A stretch of DNA of 64,000 nt from a virus (taxonomy: Duplodnaviria; Caudoviricetes). Shown piece by piece: positions 9,001-15,549 of this stretch (positions within the stretch are counted from its first letter, which is position 1; each line of letters opens with the position of its first letter). The stretch is from IMG/VR virus record IMGVR_UViG_3300037458_000547, positions 1,474-65,473 of that record; one strand, written 5' to 3'. The notes under the pieces were generated by a model, which ran no database searches, was not told the DNA's origin, and was given only the letters and a program-made list of their open reading frames with translations. A program made the position numbers and the translations under genes.

Positions 9001-11131
9001 GGACGTGCTGACCGACTGGACCGAGTTCAACAAGCAGGCGCTGGACATGGCCCAGGAGGCCGGCATTCTCGACGCCGGGATGCGCAGCATCTGGGAGAAG
9101 GACGACTACGTCCCCTTCTATCGGGTCCTCGACGAGCTGGACGTGATGGCGCCCGGCAAGAAACGCGGGTTCTCAGGGCAAAAGGCGCTCATCAAGAAGC
9201 TGAAAGGCGGCGAGGCGCCGCTCAACGATGTCATCGAGAACATGGTGATGAACACCAGCTCGCTGATCGACCGCAGCTTCAAGAACATCGCCATGCAGCG
9301 CGTCGTGGGTCTGGCCGAGGGGAACGGGATGACGCGCATCCCGAAGGCGGTCCAGGGCGCGATGTTCTCTGAGGACCAGGTGGAGCGGGCCCTGTCGGCG
9401 AACGGCGTGAACATCGACCAGATGACGCCGACCGACCGAGACCGGTACGTCAAGCTGTTCAGGCGCGTCGCTCCGGTCGGCCACAACGTCGTGTCGGTCT
9501 ACCGGGACGGCAAGCCGGAGTTCTTCCAGGTGGAAGACCCGCTGCTGCTGCGCTCGATCCTGGGCCTGGGTGCGGACCAGATCAGCGACGTGTTCAACCT
9601 GTTCGTGGGCGCCAAGCGGTTCCTGACCAGCATGGTCACGGCCGACCCGGCGTTCATGGGCGCGAACCTGATCCGCGACACGCTGGCGAACTGGATCCAG
9701 TCCGGCATCGAGGGCAACCCGCTGAAGGGCGCGATCAAGGGCATGGCCAAGTCCCTCAAGGAGGACGAGTCGGTCTGGCGAATCATGATGGCCGGCGGCG
9801 GCGGCGGCGGGTACTACGACTCGAACCCCGAGGACATTAAGAAGCTGCTGCGCAATCACGTCCCGGCGCACCAGATCAGCGGGTTCATGGACACCATCAT
9901 CAGCCCGAAGCGGCTGTGGAAGGCGTGGCACCGCATCGGCGCCGCGACCGAGAACGCGAATCGCCTGGCGGTCTATGAGGCGGTGAAGAAGGCCGGCGGC
10001 ACCGAGGCCGAGGCGATCTACCAGGCCCGCGACGTGCTGAACTTCACCATGAGCGGCGATCACGCGGCGGTCCGCCACCTGGTCGCGATGGTGCCGTTCA
10101 TGAACGCCCGCATCCAGGGCCTGTACCGCCTCTCTCGAGGCTACAAGGATCACCCGCAGTCGTTCCTGATCCGCGGCCTGTCGCTGATGGCCGCCACCAT
10201 GGCGCTCGCGGCCGCAAACCTCGGCGACGACGAGTACGAGGAGCTGCCGGAGTGGGACAAGGACATCTACTGGCACGTCTTCCTGCCGCCGGATGCAGAA
10301 GGCAAGCGGGCGCACTACCGCATCCCGAAGCCCTTTGAGCTGGGCATCATCTTCGGCACGATTCCGGAGCGGCTGTTCAGGGCGACCTCGGGAGCCGACG
10401 ACACCAAGGATTTCGCTCGCTCGATGGGCCGGGCGATCTCCGACACCCTGGCGTTCAACCCGATCCCGCAGCTGGTCAAGCCGGCAGTGGAGCAGTACGC
10501 CAATCGCTCGATGTTCACGGGCTCGGCGATCGTCGGTCACGCCGAGCAGAACCTGATTCCCGAGAAGCAGTACACGCCCTGGACCTCTGAAACGGCGCGG
10601 GTGATGGCCGAGCTGATGCCTGGGTTTGCGCCCGAGTGGGCCCGCAGCCCGCGGCGCCTCGAGCATGCGGTCCGCGCCTACGCCGGCACCCTGGGCATGT
10701 ATGCGCTGTCGGCGGCCGACTTCTTCACGCGCCGCATCGGCGACTTCCCGGAGCCGCCCACGGGTAAGATCTACGAGATGCCGGTGATCTCGAGGTTCGT
10801 GCGCGACCCCGATCCGCGCATCACCAAGTACAGCGACGAGCTGTACGAGATGCTCGACGAGGCCAATGCGCTGTTCTCGACGGTGAAGCGGCTGCAGAAG
10901 TCCGGCCAGAAGGAGGAAGCCAAGTCCATGCGCGAGGAGAACATCGAGAAGCTGCGGGCGCGGAAGTCGCTCAATGACATCGCCGGCAACGTGCGCAAGC
11001 TCAACAACCAGATCCGGATGACGATGGTCTCCAATCTCGAGCCGGACGAGAAGCGCCGGCGGATCGACCTGCTCACCGAGCGCAAGAACGACCAGATGCG
11101 TCGCATCCAGCGTTTCGAGGGCGTGTTCTGA
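2..11131 (+). CDS. Giant polyvalent (internal virion-type) protein, 5'-partial: LPD1-like zincin peptidase, Strawberry-notch-type SF2 helicase, second HExxH domain, LPD38-like C-terminus
   Basis: Frame is open from base 2 (VALAEEFQG...), so 152 is not the true start. Motifs: GSLAHEWTHALD (~1670-1703); YWSDNMELIARAGEAY and YPIGDER (LPD1-like); GDGTGVGKGRE, FDEAH, YVSAT, QGMGRTHRTFQ (Strawberry notch); AIHEVFGH (~7970); YRIPKPFELG (LPD38-like). Confidence 0.9.
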   Translation, partial: VALAEEFQGEASKQVAKEKARGEKQEERDRKKAERERQKAEKDAAERPAKVASKTSRFKNRAFREAAQLEAVMTAAEQDGNFRDNAMTAVTGYIEQQKAEDGIEAEAWSNVKAFVGEVSKENQEFWEGLQKEAKKQRRALDRQKYRTQEVYDAALTEALQEAELPIDAEEAKAFRAGWDHMLAGKTASTLTGDNMKARRDGYDAAKKWVKRTAQGKAWYDGAPLEKEKATGTRVKRRMDELRREVEAMTDLELAWKEIEKDTSRIALFNPTLAEGATPGTKRYVEALRDRILPLKSYIKKQIFRRRGWTFERSLQEAAKRDAAYVEEIKKQILAVTEEYQKLVGELNDSLEGSDSVLDASTRLTAYYVKRPTPNSPYSPTEQATSLERYMRDHFRWWHPFVRPLPGSNYYGSETRSLEGKEQDAPEERTKQLRHPRLDRVIREGRRDIRKGKDVSAKDFKDTFGFADVDMGEWVQSRESRDNFNYAFDAFMDLADLMGIPPSAIGFNRTLHFSVGRTGRGVGAAAHFSDREKVENPKAGEPDEVPNINITKEHGDGSLAHEWTHALDWLNGTVVEGRKPTLATTVDVVQALKYQDKDWSADLESQALDYLRGKKTWWGMPADATPRDHMVEWLRNTHFQREPTRFYSAALKLDGNQAGKYWSDNMELIARAGEAYIVDTLMGLQQDTEAAFIGPPKPAINNYLVNPEFAGDGKAKPPMYRGTPYPIGDERAVMRDIMKVWYDAIEVKDGKPTLKENAAEHLNPGKNFEKAKSALLLRLDELESQVAAEKAEEAKKSEEERRQQREKEEAEQRARDEAERKKREEAGRMPGWSVESIRAVPEFMDTQPGPLGIHQGIFNLMTQQLAWAQKSGEKITPAMGEQRDSNWFEAVGIPHDHKVPPIWENPQVDSEDLPPKEDPNAISKEERDKLIEDIFALDDEAEEAPGEEPEADKPAKPKKPRGEAKPREPKQPGEKREPRPKAATDKTAGELIREAGKLGVKGIDEALTGLAELFGASKGGRLNSFPAGFDQEAYARAKPHFQAALAAFKAAGRTLADFIAVIKAAVPKELRPGYMVMLKQYADEQDLYNDLSTKEERDGRSSIEPSDQQGAAPQPKRPEQGLPGDAAGGSSTGPEADPQRRPRADGGGVPEEGGLQGPPVTGAGAGGNAGAGPGAAPGEAAGGAVGGGRGRDTGGVTGGAGADVAGGSGDNAPAESAVEGLFEDYTPAKVKIEGAQPHPGDLVQSAAMNSVEPPDPTYTPDLPPETIAQGKLSIAQLESIVYGNMAFQQFLPNGERMGFAIGDGTGVGKGREIAGFILDQWRRGNKKHIWVTEKIDLGADALRDMLGVGLDVPILMYDRPKKWPKPGQDNFRPLNLQRDKKAPLQFGEGVVIVTYDNLRSAGGRIVENLTTWAGKGYEGMLVFDEAHSLGNAVAKKGLQPSKKAAAGMRLAEGLRMSRTLYVSATMATEPRNLGFLQRLGLWGDGTAFANAADFIDNISSLGKVAMETVARDMKALGLYISRTLSYKPVKFQPLHHRADADEAQLYDDAAKLWDTLRTEIQMAMAWSGLGDNTMSQYWGAHQRFFNLFMTSLSTSAVIDQIRAVTTGESGGTAVVQLVNHYGSMTEEMAAKGPDPNESDEEAEDESLSMTPAQIIESWIEKKFPVYNYVPVPGVNPKTGKPTVKWEPVRGPDGKPMEVKELVARRDYMLGLARRLGKNAKMPGNPINMIVEAFPDQTVEVSGRNKRYLRKTANGKTEIIEEVRADEVIAKELEDFQEDRKRILIFSEKGGTGFSYHASKEPKNKNRRQRHHFVLQAGWKADKTFQGMGRTHRTFQESAPIYYLVKTDIEAQSRFISSIASRLGQLGALAMGERKGASQGLFQGDEDIQDEYGHLALQQIFRDIYDGRATITAPPERTGTVETDLENLMMALRVPAEKMGDVFDILRSANTDQRYAQDVARQMFRAGDMSPPDPRKMTNRVLEDLSILVERHQSARLGRTRTMRFNEILRLMGKEPLPPHSQWQPGVAPDMHDFLNRSLGLTIKNTDGYDGVMKQLFSLFNDRREDMILQAKENGTFDEGLELIPAIAVKKVIDKVVSRETRTGAATRYLELELTQKETINTFQEIEQLAAVSGPQFVGYFRDNTDGKVFAVIQRRSQIAGQSRGQRWDVTGAPRTIDNVDNIQRGGQERLVDKEGPTFKGQAFSVRKEPAAAKFDATPLIVAAREGGVTAMQEKAARDFQGYIKDHSPAEQAVMREAVAEARDRIAKAYSAWTASQAGLEPAEKIAFAMNSFVVSKKADGYPETFWATTLIEVFNERGPEYAAEYVKRQLGENSGSELMQEAINEAWARVQKEAVTAVAPRRVRHYEALNSPRITSAPTFGSSTADPKDPRNWAERAWGDALAAAPKTKTVTQHMIAGATLPVWDKFDPGQKIRVGRVKTGDETILGRLIKEADLDRVLQRLGVNILGELTPIKLMGRIMRGQSVALANGVKLMKDRYNNASVIRLYVDSYEARAAEKVLMDAGSPERIAMEVSGVRFTTRKTSWGSENLFIYIEGGDSRAMETVLKWSPAMALQGTMASRSGAKPARGSSVAQVREWIAPMVRELGSVVRFEVVQSVSELGDDTVNSDTEGVYWRGTNVVSLVADQLPSQGRAARVAIHEVFGHLAPEAHPLFADAIDGILRLKAMGHQKIVAAWDKVAALEPTLDKRDHAAEVLARIAEAGVEVAPLEKLKAKILGLLRKVFPGIEFREYEVRAFIANAGKALMKRAQKTQAGLERRARGGDANAREFLGQLWAEANGPWIEEGRRNDELTDEEWLGTRAHLDRAYSRSADMTADEEASYERLFGRSRKPLSLRDHARGWVQRLKNIDALELRQGVVDAYASVKDLEEGQYGEVLDAADSAWKAMLATRNHASVMAAVMSKGVPKLIDGVYQPVAGRKGFLEILRPLVEHSDGNLIDHWQLWAAANRAQRLISEGKEQRMSMVDIQRGLALGVRYPFFRDVLTDWTEFNKQALDMAQEAGILDAGMRSIWEKDDYVPFYRVLDELDVMAPGKKRGFSGQKALIKKLKGGEAPLNDVIENMVMNTSSLIDRSFKNIAMQRVVGLAEGNGMTRIPKAVQGAMFSEDQVERALSANGVNIDQMTPTDRDRYVKLFRRVAPVGHNVVSVYRDGKPEFFQVEDPLLLRSILGLGADQISDVFNLFVGAKRFLTSMVTADPAFMGANLIRDTLANWIQSGIEGNPLKGAIKGMAKSLKEDESVWRIMMAGGGGGGYYDSNPEDIKKLLRNHVPAHQISGFMDTIISPKRLWKAWHRIGAATENANRLAVYEAVKKAGGTEAEAIYQARDVLNFTMSGDHAAVRHLVAMVPFMNARIQGLYRLSRGYKDHPQSFLIRGLSLMAATMALAAANLGDDEYEELPEWDKDIYWHVFLPPDAEGKRAHYRIPKPFELGIIFGTIPERLFRATSGADDTKDFARSMGRAISDTLAFNPIPQLVKPAVEQYANRSMFTGSAIVGHAEQNLIPEKQYTPWTSETARVMAELMPGFAPEWARSPRRLEHAVRAYAGTLGMYALSAADFFTRRIGDFPEPPTGKIYEMPVISRFVRDPDPRITKYSDELYEMLDEANALFSTVKRLQKSGQKEEAKSMREENIEKLRARKSLNDIAGNVRKLNNQIRMTMVSNLEPDEKRRRIDLLTERKNDQMRRIQRFEGVF
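3291..3653 (+). CDS. Nested (overprinted) 120-aa helical protein inside the giant ORF
   Basis: AAGGAGGAG at 3278-3286 precedes ATG 3291. Third-position GC bias moves from the host frame to this frame over exactly this interval. Ends at TAG 3653. Confidence 0.7.
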   Translation: MADHPLNRLINKVQLLNQNAQNKACLGMLPEGRLQDPKQIHSVGLALMGVEFLKKADYKDLRSLVPELEATLAQVLELPPERQQAALWAEDEDGTPAVSPAELAQMSREEAATTLLQNLL

Positions 11132-11202
11132 TGGAGTACATCTCCTGGTTGCTGCTGATTGCGTTAGTGTGGGGGCTGCTGAAAGACCTGAGTCGAGACT
11201 AA
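11131..11202 (+). CDS. 23-aa hydrophobic peptide (MEYISWLLLIALVWGLLKDLSRD)
   Basis: TGATG overlap with the giant ORF stop; one transmembrane-like stretch. Confidence 0.45.
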   Translation: MEYISWLLLIALVWGLLKDLSRD

Positions 11203-11211
11203 GGAGTGACC

Positions 11212-11565
11212 ATGAGACGCATGATCGTGCTGCTGATTGGACTGCTGCCGGTGGTGGCCTTTGCCGCCGAGGACAACACGGTGAGATGGGTATCGCCCAC
11301 GACCTACGAGAACGGCGAGGCGCTGCCTCCGGAGGACATCGCAAAGTTTCTGATCAACGTGACGTGGCAGGGCGAGCCCCAGGCGGTCCTCGAGGCCCCA
11401 GGCAACACAAACGCTTATGTCCACCACGTCAGCTCCCGCGGGCTGTGGTGCTACACGATGCAGACGGTGTCGGTGGACAACCAGGTCTCGGACGTGAGCA
11501 ATCAAGCCTGCAAGACGGTGACGCACGGCAAGCCGAGGCCGCCGACTTCCGTGACGGTTGAGTGA
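11212..11565 (+). CDS. Secreted protein: signal peptide plus fibronectin-type-III-like domain
   Basis: SD AAGGAG; MRRMIVLLIGLLPVVAFA-AE signal; VRWVSPTTYENG...CYTMQTV...SDVSNQAC...PRPPTSVTV pattern. Confidence 0.65.
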   Translation: MRRMIVLLIGLLPVVAFAAEDNTVRWVSPTTYENGEALPPEDIAKFLINVTWQGEPQAVLEAPGNTNAYVHHVSSRGLWCYTMQTVSVDNQVSDVSNQACKTVTHGKPRPPTSVTVE

Positions 11566-11864
11566 GCTACCGCCACCGGGTCTCCCGTGACCACAACCAC
11601 TCGGAGGTCACGGGAGTCCTCGATCAGCTGTTCGTCCCCTACATCGACCTGTCGCCGCTGGGGGACGGCATCCCCGATCTGGTCGTGGACAACCACGGCC
11701 AGCTCGAGCTGTGGGAGGTCAAGAACCCGGCCAACTGGTACGGCAAGAAGGGCCTGAACGCGAACCAGTCCAAGTGGGCGAAGACCTGGCGCGGCAAGCC
11801 GGTGCGCGTGATCCGCACGGTGGACGATGCGCTGATCGCCCTGGGGGTGAAAATCGGGGCTTGA
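11562..11864 (+). CDS. VRR-NUC-like PD-(D/E)xK nuclease
   Basis: GIPDLVV...WEVKNP...LNANQSKW...WRG...VIRTVDDAL. Confidence 0.8.
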   Translation: MSYRHRVSRDHNHSEVTGVLDQLFVPYIDLSPLGDGIPDLVVDNHGQLELWEVKNPANWYGKKGLNANQSKWAKTWRGKPVRVIRTVDDALIALGVKIGA

Positions 11865-11893
11865 AAAGCAAAGGGCCAGTGGTATGCTGGCCC
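11861..11893 (+). promoter_or_regulatory. Sigma70-type promoter with an inverted repeat across the -10
   Basis: TTGAAA-16-TATGCT with an extended-10 TGn; GGGCCAG-N7-CTGGCCC at 11873-11893. Confidence 0.6.
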
Positions 11894-11894
11894 T

Positions 11895-12200
11895 CGCTCG
11901 GTCGCTTAGCAGGCGATTCGAGGGTACTCGCGATACCCCCTCCTGTAGGGTCATTATCCCCACCCTCTCCCCGCCCTGCAAGCACCGGCCGTCTCGAACG
12001 GACGGGCAACACCAGCGTTCGTGACGTAGCCGCCAGACTGGGGGATTCGTCCAACTGGCAGCGCCACGGGTTAGCGGAGAGGGCGCGACGACACCGCAAG
12101 GTGAAAGCAACTCCGCAGCGTCTACCGGCTCCGGCGGGCAGACGCCCGTTCCTCCTGGCCTCGTGCCGGGATGGGACGGGTGCGCCACCTCACCAGCAAG
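11895..12200 (+). ncRNA. Candidate structured RNA or long 5' leader
   Basis: About 300 nt without a credible CDS, containing several stacked stems (see finding). Confidence 0.35.
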
Positions 12201-12210
12201 CAGAAAGGGG

Positions 12211-12528
12211 ATGAAGATGGCAGATGAGCTGAAACCTCAGGTCGATAGCCAATGGTCGAAGGTCGGGGATCTGCCGAAGCTGAACAGGACCCACAATCCC
12301 TATGACCCCCCGTTCCACACGTGGCCACCCGAGGTCCTCGAGGCGTACAAGACCTTCCCGAAGATCAGCGGGACGAACGCCCCGATCAACGATCAGACCT
12401 GGCCGCAGTGGCGCCAGTGGGCGAAGGACTACGCCGATCGCCGCGAGCTGTGGCCCGGCAAGCTGAAGGACTACATCGCGGAGCGGAAGCGTCAGGAGGA
12501 CAAGAAGAAGTCCTCGCAAGGCCAGTAG
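12211..12528 (+). CDS. Hypothetical Trp/Pro-rich protein
   Basis: SD AAAGGGG before ATG; phage-like codon usage. Confidence 0.65.
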   Translation: MKMADELKPQVDSQWSKVGDLPKLNRTHNPYDPPFHTWPPEVLEAYKTFPKISGTNAPINDQTWPQWRQWAKDYADRRELWPGKLKDYIAERKRQEDKKKSSQGQ

Positions 12529-12603
12529 CGTCCGAGCAATACCTAGCAACAGTTATCAGCGGTTAACACCAGTTAACACAGGTTAATTCACCGAAAAGAA
12601 TCC

Positions 12604-12655
12604 TTGACGGCTACGCGCTGGGCATGTAGACTCCTTTCGTCAATTCAATGGAGGG
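12604..12655 (+). promoter_or_regulatory. Early promoter, operator and CAATGGAGGG leader
   Basis: TTGACG-17-TAGACT; operator TACGCGC-TGG-GCATGTA at 12612-12628. Confidence 0.8.
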
Positions 12656-12659
12656 ACCG

Positions 12660-13577
12660 ATGTCAAATCAACTGGTTCGTTACGAAGAATCCCTGTCGAA
12701 GCAGCTCGCTCGGCAGTGGTCGAAGGCCAAGGAGGGGGACCTGAAATGGTCGGCCGAGAAGCAGTACGCCCTCAACATCCTCCGCAAGAACCCGTACCTG
12801 ATGACCTGCACGCCGGAGAGCTTCGCCATGGCGATGCTCGACGTGGCGTTCACCGGCCTGTCGCTCAGCCCGACCCTGGGCCACGCCTACCTGATCCCCT
12901 ACAAGGGCGAGATCCAGTTCAAGCCCAGCTACAAGGGCCTGGAGCATCTCGTCTACCGCGCCGGGACGGTGGTCAGCGTCCAGGCGGTGCTGGTGCGCGA
13001 CGGGGACTCGTTTCAGGTGCAGACCATCAACAACCGGCGGTCGATCCATCACGTCGAGCATGCCAAGCCGGGCGCCAAGGTGATCGCCGCCTACGCCATC
13101 CTGAAGTACGCCAACGGCGGAGAGTACGTCGAGGTCATGAGCGGCCTCGAGCTGGATGCGGTCGAGCGCCAGGCGAAGTCCGTGCCGAAGGGCGGCGCCG
13201 TGTGGGACGGCCCGTGGAAGGGCGAGATGCAGAAGAAGGCCGTGGTTCGCCGCGCTCTCAAGCACGCCCCGCTGGACAACGGTGGCCGCATGGAGAAAGT
13301 TCTGGCGATCTCCGACAAGTACGACCCGGTCGACTTCGAGCCCACGCCGAAACCCGAGGAGACCGGGCCGACCGTGCTGGTCTCCGATCGGCAGGCGCTC
13401 GAGGTTCACGCCATGCTCACCGAGGGCGGCCTGCCCGCGGATCGAGCGGATGCGTGGATGGTCAAGATGGCCGAGGCGCTGGGGTACACGAAGTTCTCCG
13501 AGATCCCCGCGGACCGCTTCGAGGATGCCGCGAAGCGCCTCAAGGATCGGCTCGACAAATGGGGGGCAGCACAGTGA
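12660..13577 (+). CDS. recT: RecT-family single-strand annealing protein
   Basis: CTPESFAMAMLDVAFTGLSL...GHAYLIPY...PSYKGL; W...KGEMQKKAVVRRALK. Start at 12660 follows the GGAGGG SD. Confidence 0.9.
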   Translation: MSNQLVRYEESLSKQLARQWSKAKEGDLKWSAEKQYALNILRKNPYLMTCTPESFAMAMLDVAFTGLSLSPTLGHAYLIPYKGEIQFKPSYKGLEHLVYRAGTVVSVQAVLVRDGDSFQVQTINNRRSIHHVEHAKPGAKVIAAYAILKYANGGEYVEVMSGLELDAVERQAKSVPKGGAVWDGPWKGEMQKKAVVRRALKHAPLDNGGRMEKVLAISDKYDPVDFEPTPKPEETGPTVLVSDRQALEVHAMLTEGGLPADRADAWMVKMAEALGYTKFSEIPADRFEDAAKRLKDRLDKWGAAQ

Positions 13578-13909
13578 CCGCGTTCACCATCACCTTGCTC
13601 AGGCATGCGCCAACCAAGAGCGATACCCGTACATGGATGGTCGGATCCAGCCCTGACTCCGAGACGTGCCTCGAGGAACTTCGCAAGATGATCGAGGAAG
13701 GACACCCTGGGTTGAATGCCGGCGACATCACCATGCTGACGGTGTTGCTCGGATCCTCCGAATTGGAGAGCTGCGGCTGCCTGGGCTGTCTTGCCGCCGC
13801 AATGGGCGGGCTGATCAGGTACACGCCGAAGGAGACCCTTGAGTCCATGGTCAAGCTGATCGGCCAAGGCTGGATCCTCATGGAGGGAAGCGATGAGCGC
13901 CCAAATTGA
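13574..13909 (+). CDS. Hypothetical protein
   Basis: GTGA overlap with the recT stop. Confidence 0.55.
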   Translation: MTAFTITLLRHAPTKSDTRTWMVGSSPDSETCLEELRKMIEEGHPGLNAGDITMLTVLLGSSELESCGCLGCLAAAMGGLIRYTPKETLESMVKLIGQGWILMEGSDERPN

Positions 13910-14237
13910 CTGGGTGGAGGGCGGCCGCCGCAAGCGGGCCGGGATTCGCCAGGCCGTGGATCACGAGCATGAATCGTGGAAGCTGCTGTACCAGGGGACG
14001 GCCACGGGCTACGTCCGGTCTCTCGACAAGGGCGTGACCTTCACTTCAGAGCAGGTTCGCTCGGTCGTCCACAAGACGGCCGGTGAGCCGCACCACCCGA
14101 ACGTCTGGGGAGCCATGTTCAATGGTTGCCTCAGGCAGTGGATCAAGCTGGGCTGGGTAGAGTTCACCGGCCAGTTTCTGGATGCCACTAACAGCCAGGC
14201 CCATCGTCGGGCCATTCGTCTCTACAGAAGGGTCTGA
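13893..14237 (+). CDS. Hypothetical phage protein (PHHPNVWGA motif)
   Basis: SD GGAGGG; coupled to neighbouring genes. Confidence 0.65.
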   Translation: MSAQIDWVEGGRRKRAGIRQAVDHEHESWKLLYQGTATGYVRSLDKGVTFTSEQVRSVVHKTAGEPHHPNVWGAMFNGCLRQWIKLGWVEFTGQFLDATNSQAHRRAIRLYRRV

Positions 14238-14255
14238 CGACCCAGGAGGGGTTTG

Positions 14256-14669
14256 ATGAGCAGGAACTGTCTGAACATCGAGAAGCGCGACCGGCTGCTG
14301 AACTGGATGCGCCTCAACCATGCCCACCTCGAGACCATCTCGAGGCGGGATGCCGCCAAGAAGGCGACCGAGGAACTCGGGTTTCCGGTCACCGAGACCA
14401 ACTGCACCGGGCTGCAGAGCATTACCGGCGTGAAGTTCGCCCGCCAGGCCCGTGATCCGAACAAGCCCAAGCGCAAGCGCAAGGCGACCGCCGAGCAGAA
14501 GATCGAACTGCTGTTCCTCACCATAAAGTCGATGTCGAACATCCTGCATGCGCTGACGCTGTCGCATGCCAAGCTGAGCAAGGAACTCGGCGTGAAGCTC
14601 GACGTTCAGCTCGACGACCTGGCCGAGAACCTGCGCCTTCAGGCGGAGTCCGATACGAGGGTGCAGTGA
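14256..14669 (+). CDS. Hypothetical protein, possible N-terminal HTH
   Basis: SD AGGAGGGG; RRDAAKKATEELGFPVT segment. Confidence 0.6.
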   Translation: MSRNCLNIEKRDRLLNWMRLNHAHLETISRRDAAKKATEELGFPVTETNCTGLQSITGVKFARQARDPNKPKRKRKATAEQKIELLFLTIKSMSNILHALTLSHAKLSKELGVKLDVQLDDLAENLRLQAESDTRVQ

Positions 14670-15307
14670 CCCCCGGGGAGCATGCCCAGCTTCGGCAGCA
14701 CTGCCTGACCGCGTCCCGGGCGAAGCGGCTGCTCACGGGCAGCTACAAGGTCTGGAACACGCTGGCCAAGGAGATGCGGGCCGAGCAGCGTGTTCTCGGC
14801 CGGGCCCCGAAGTCGATCCCGTCCCTGCACTGGGGCGTGAAGCACGAGCCGTGGCTGCGGGCGGAGGTCTGGGAGCGTTACCCGGCATGGGAGATCGAGC
14901 CGGTCGAGTTCCAGATGTTCCACGGGGAACATCCCTTGCTCTCGAGGCATTGCGGAGCCTCTCCGGACGGAAGGGTCCTGCCGAGGGGCTGGGGCTACGA
15001 AGGCAAATGCCCCTACGATCCGGAGATTCATGCCGGCTACCTGGAGCGCACTACGGTCCCGGAGGAGTACATCCCCCAGGTCCAGTGGTCGCTGTGGGTG
15101 ACGGGCTGGCCCGGCTGGATCTTCGCCTCAGGAGACCCGCGCCGCACCGATGACGGCAGGCTACTGGTCCGCGCTGCCGAGCCCGACCTGGCGATGCACC
15201 AGAAGTTCGAGGAGCTGGCCACCCGGTTCCTCGAGAGCTACCTGGCCGGCGAGTCGTTCCAGCCCGTGTCGGGCTCGGCCGCCAAGCTGGCGGAGATGTT
15301 CAAGTGA
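14666..15307 (+). CDS. YqaJ/lambda-exonuclease-family recombination nuclease
   Basis: WGVKHEP; GASPDG...YEGKCP...YIPQVQWSLWVTG; lies downstream of RecT. Confidence 0.88.
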   Translation: MTPGEHAQLRQHCLTASRAKRLLTGSYKVWNTLAKEMRAEQRVLGRAPKSIPSLHWGVKHEPWLRAEVWERYPAWEIEPVEFQMFHGEHPLLSRHCGASPDGRVLPRGWGYEGKCPYDPEIHAGYLERTTVPEEYIPQVQWSLWVTGWPGWIFASGDPRRTDDGRLLVRAAEPDLAMHQKFEELATRFLESYLAGESFQPVSGSAAKLAEMFK

Positions 15308-15549
15308 GCCGCAGCCGCTGCCTGCTGCATCGCACCCGCCTGAAGGCGTTTCAGGCGTTCTGCGAGGAGCGGGGATGGGTGGCCGAGCCCACGAAAGGGA
15401 TCTATGAGGTCCTGAGGATGCGGCACCCGGAGGAGATCGCTCCGATGATCGTCTATCGTCGGATCGAGATTAAGGAGCATCTCACCGTCTACGGGACGGG
15501 GGTGAAGCTCGCCATTGAGTTCGTACATCAGAAACGGAGGGTGACATGA
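15304..15549 (+). CDS. Hypothetical protein
   Basis: GTGA-coupled ORF with typical codon usage. Confidence 0.6.
   Translation: MSRSRCLLHRTRLKAFQAFCEERGWVAEPTKGIYEVLRMRHPEEIAPMIVYRRIEIKEHLTVYGTGVKLAIEFVHQKRRVT

Noticed and set aside
2-11131. DarB-like methyltransferase domain in the giant protein
   Set aside because: No FxGxG plus NPP(Y/F) motif pair was found by eye in the visible part.
3461-11344. Long minus-strand ORFs (3461-5677, 5684-7240, 7694-8878, 9173-11344) and similar ones elsewhere
   Set aside because: They are antisense shadows of GC3-biased genes, with no SD, promoter or recognisable motif.
12039-12085. tRNA-like start GGGGGATTCGTCCAACTGGCAG
   Set aside because: The D-stem does not close, and there is no T-loop or acceptor complement at the right distance.
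12648-12659. ORF-track starts at 12648, 26105, 28007 and 29873
   Set aside because: They run through promoter or SD motifs. Downstream ATGs (12660, 26159, 28136, 29930) fit the conserved leader.
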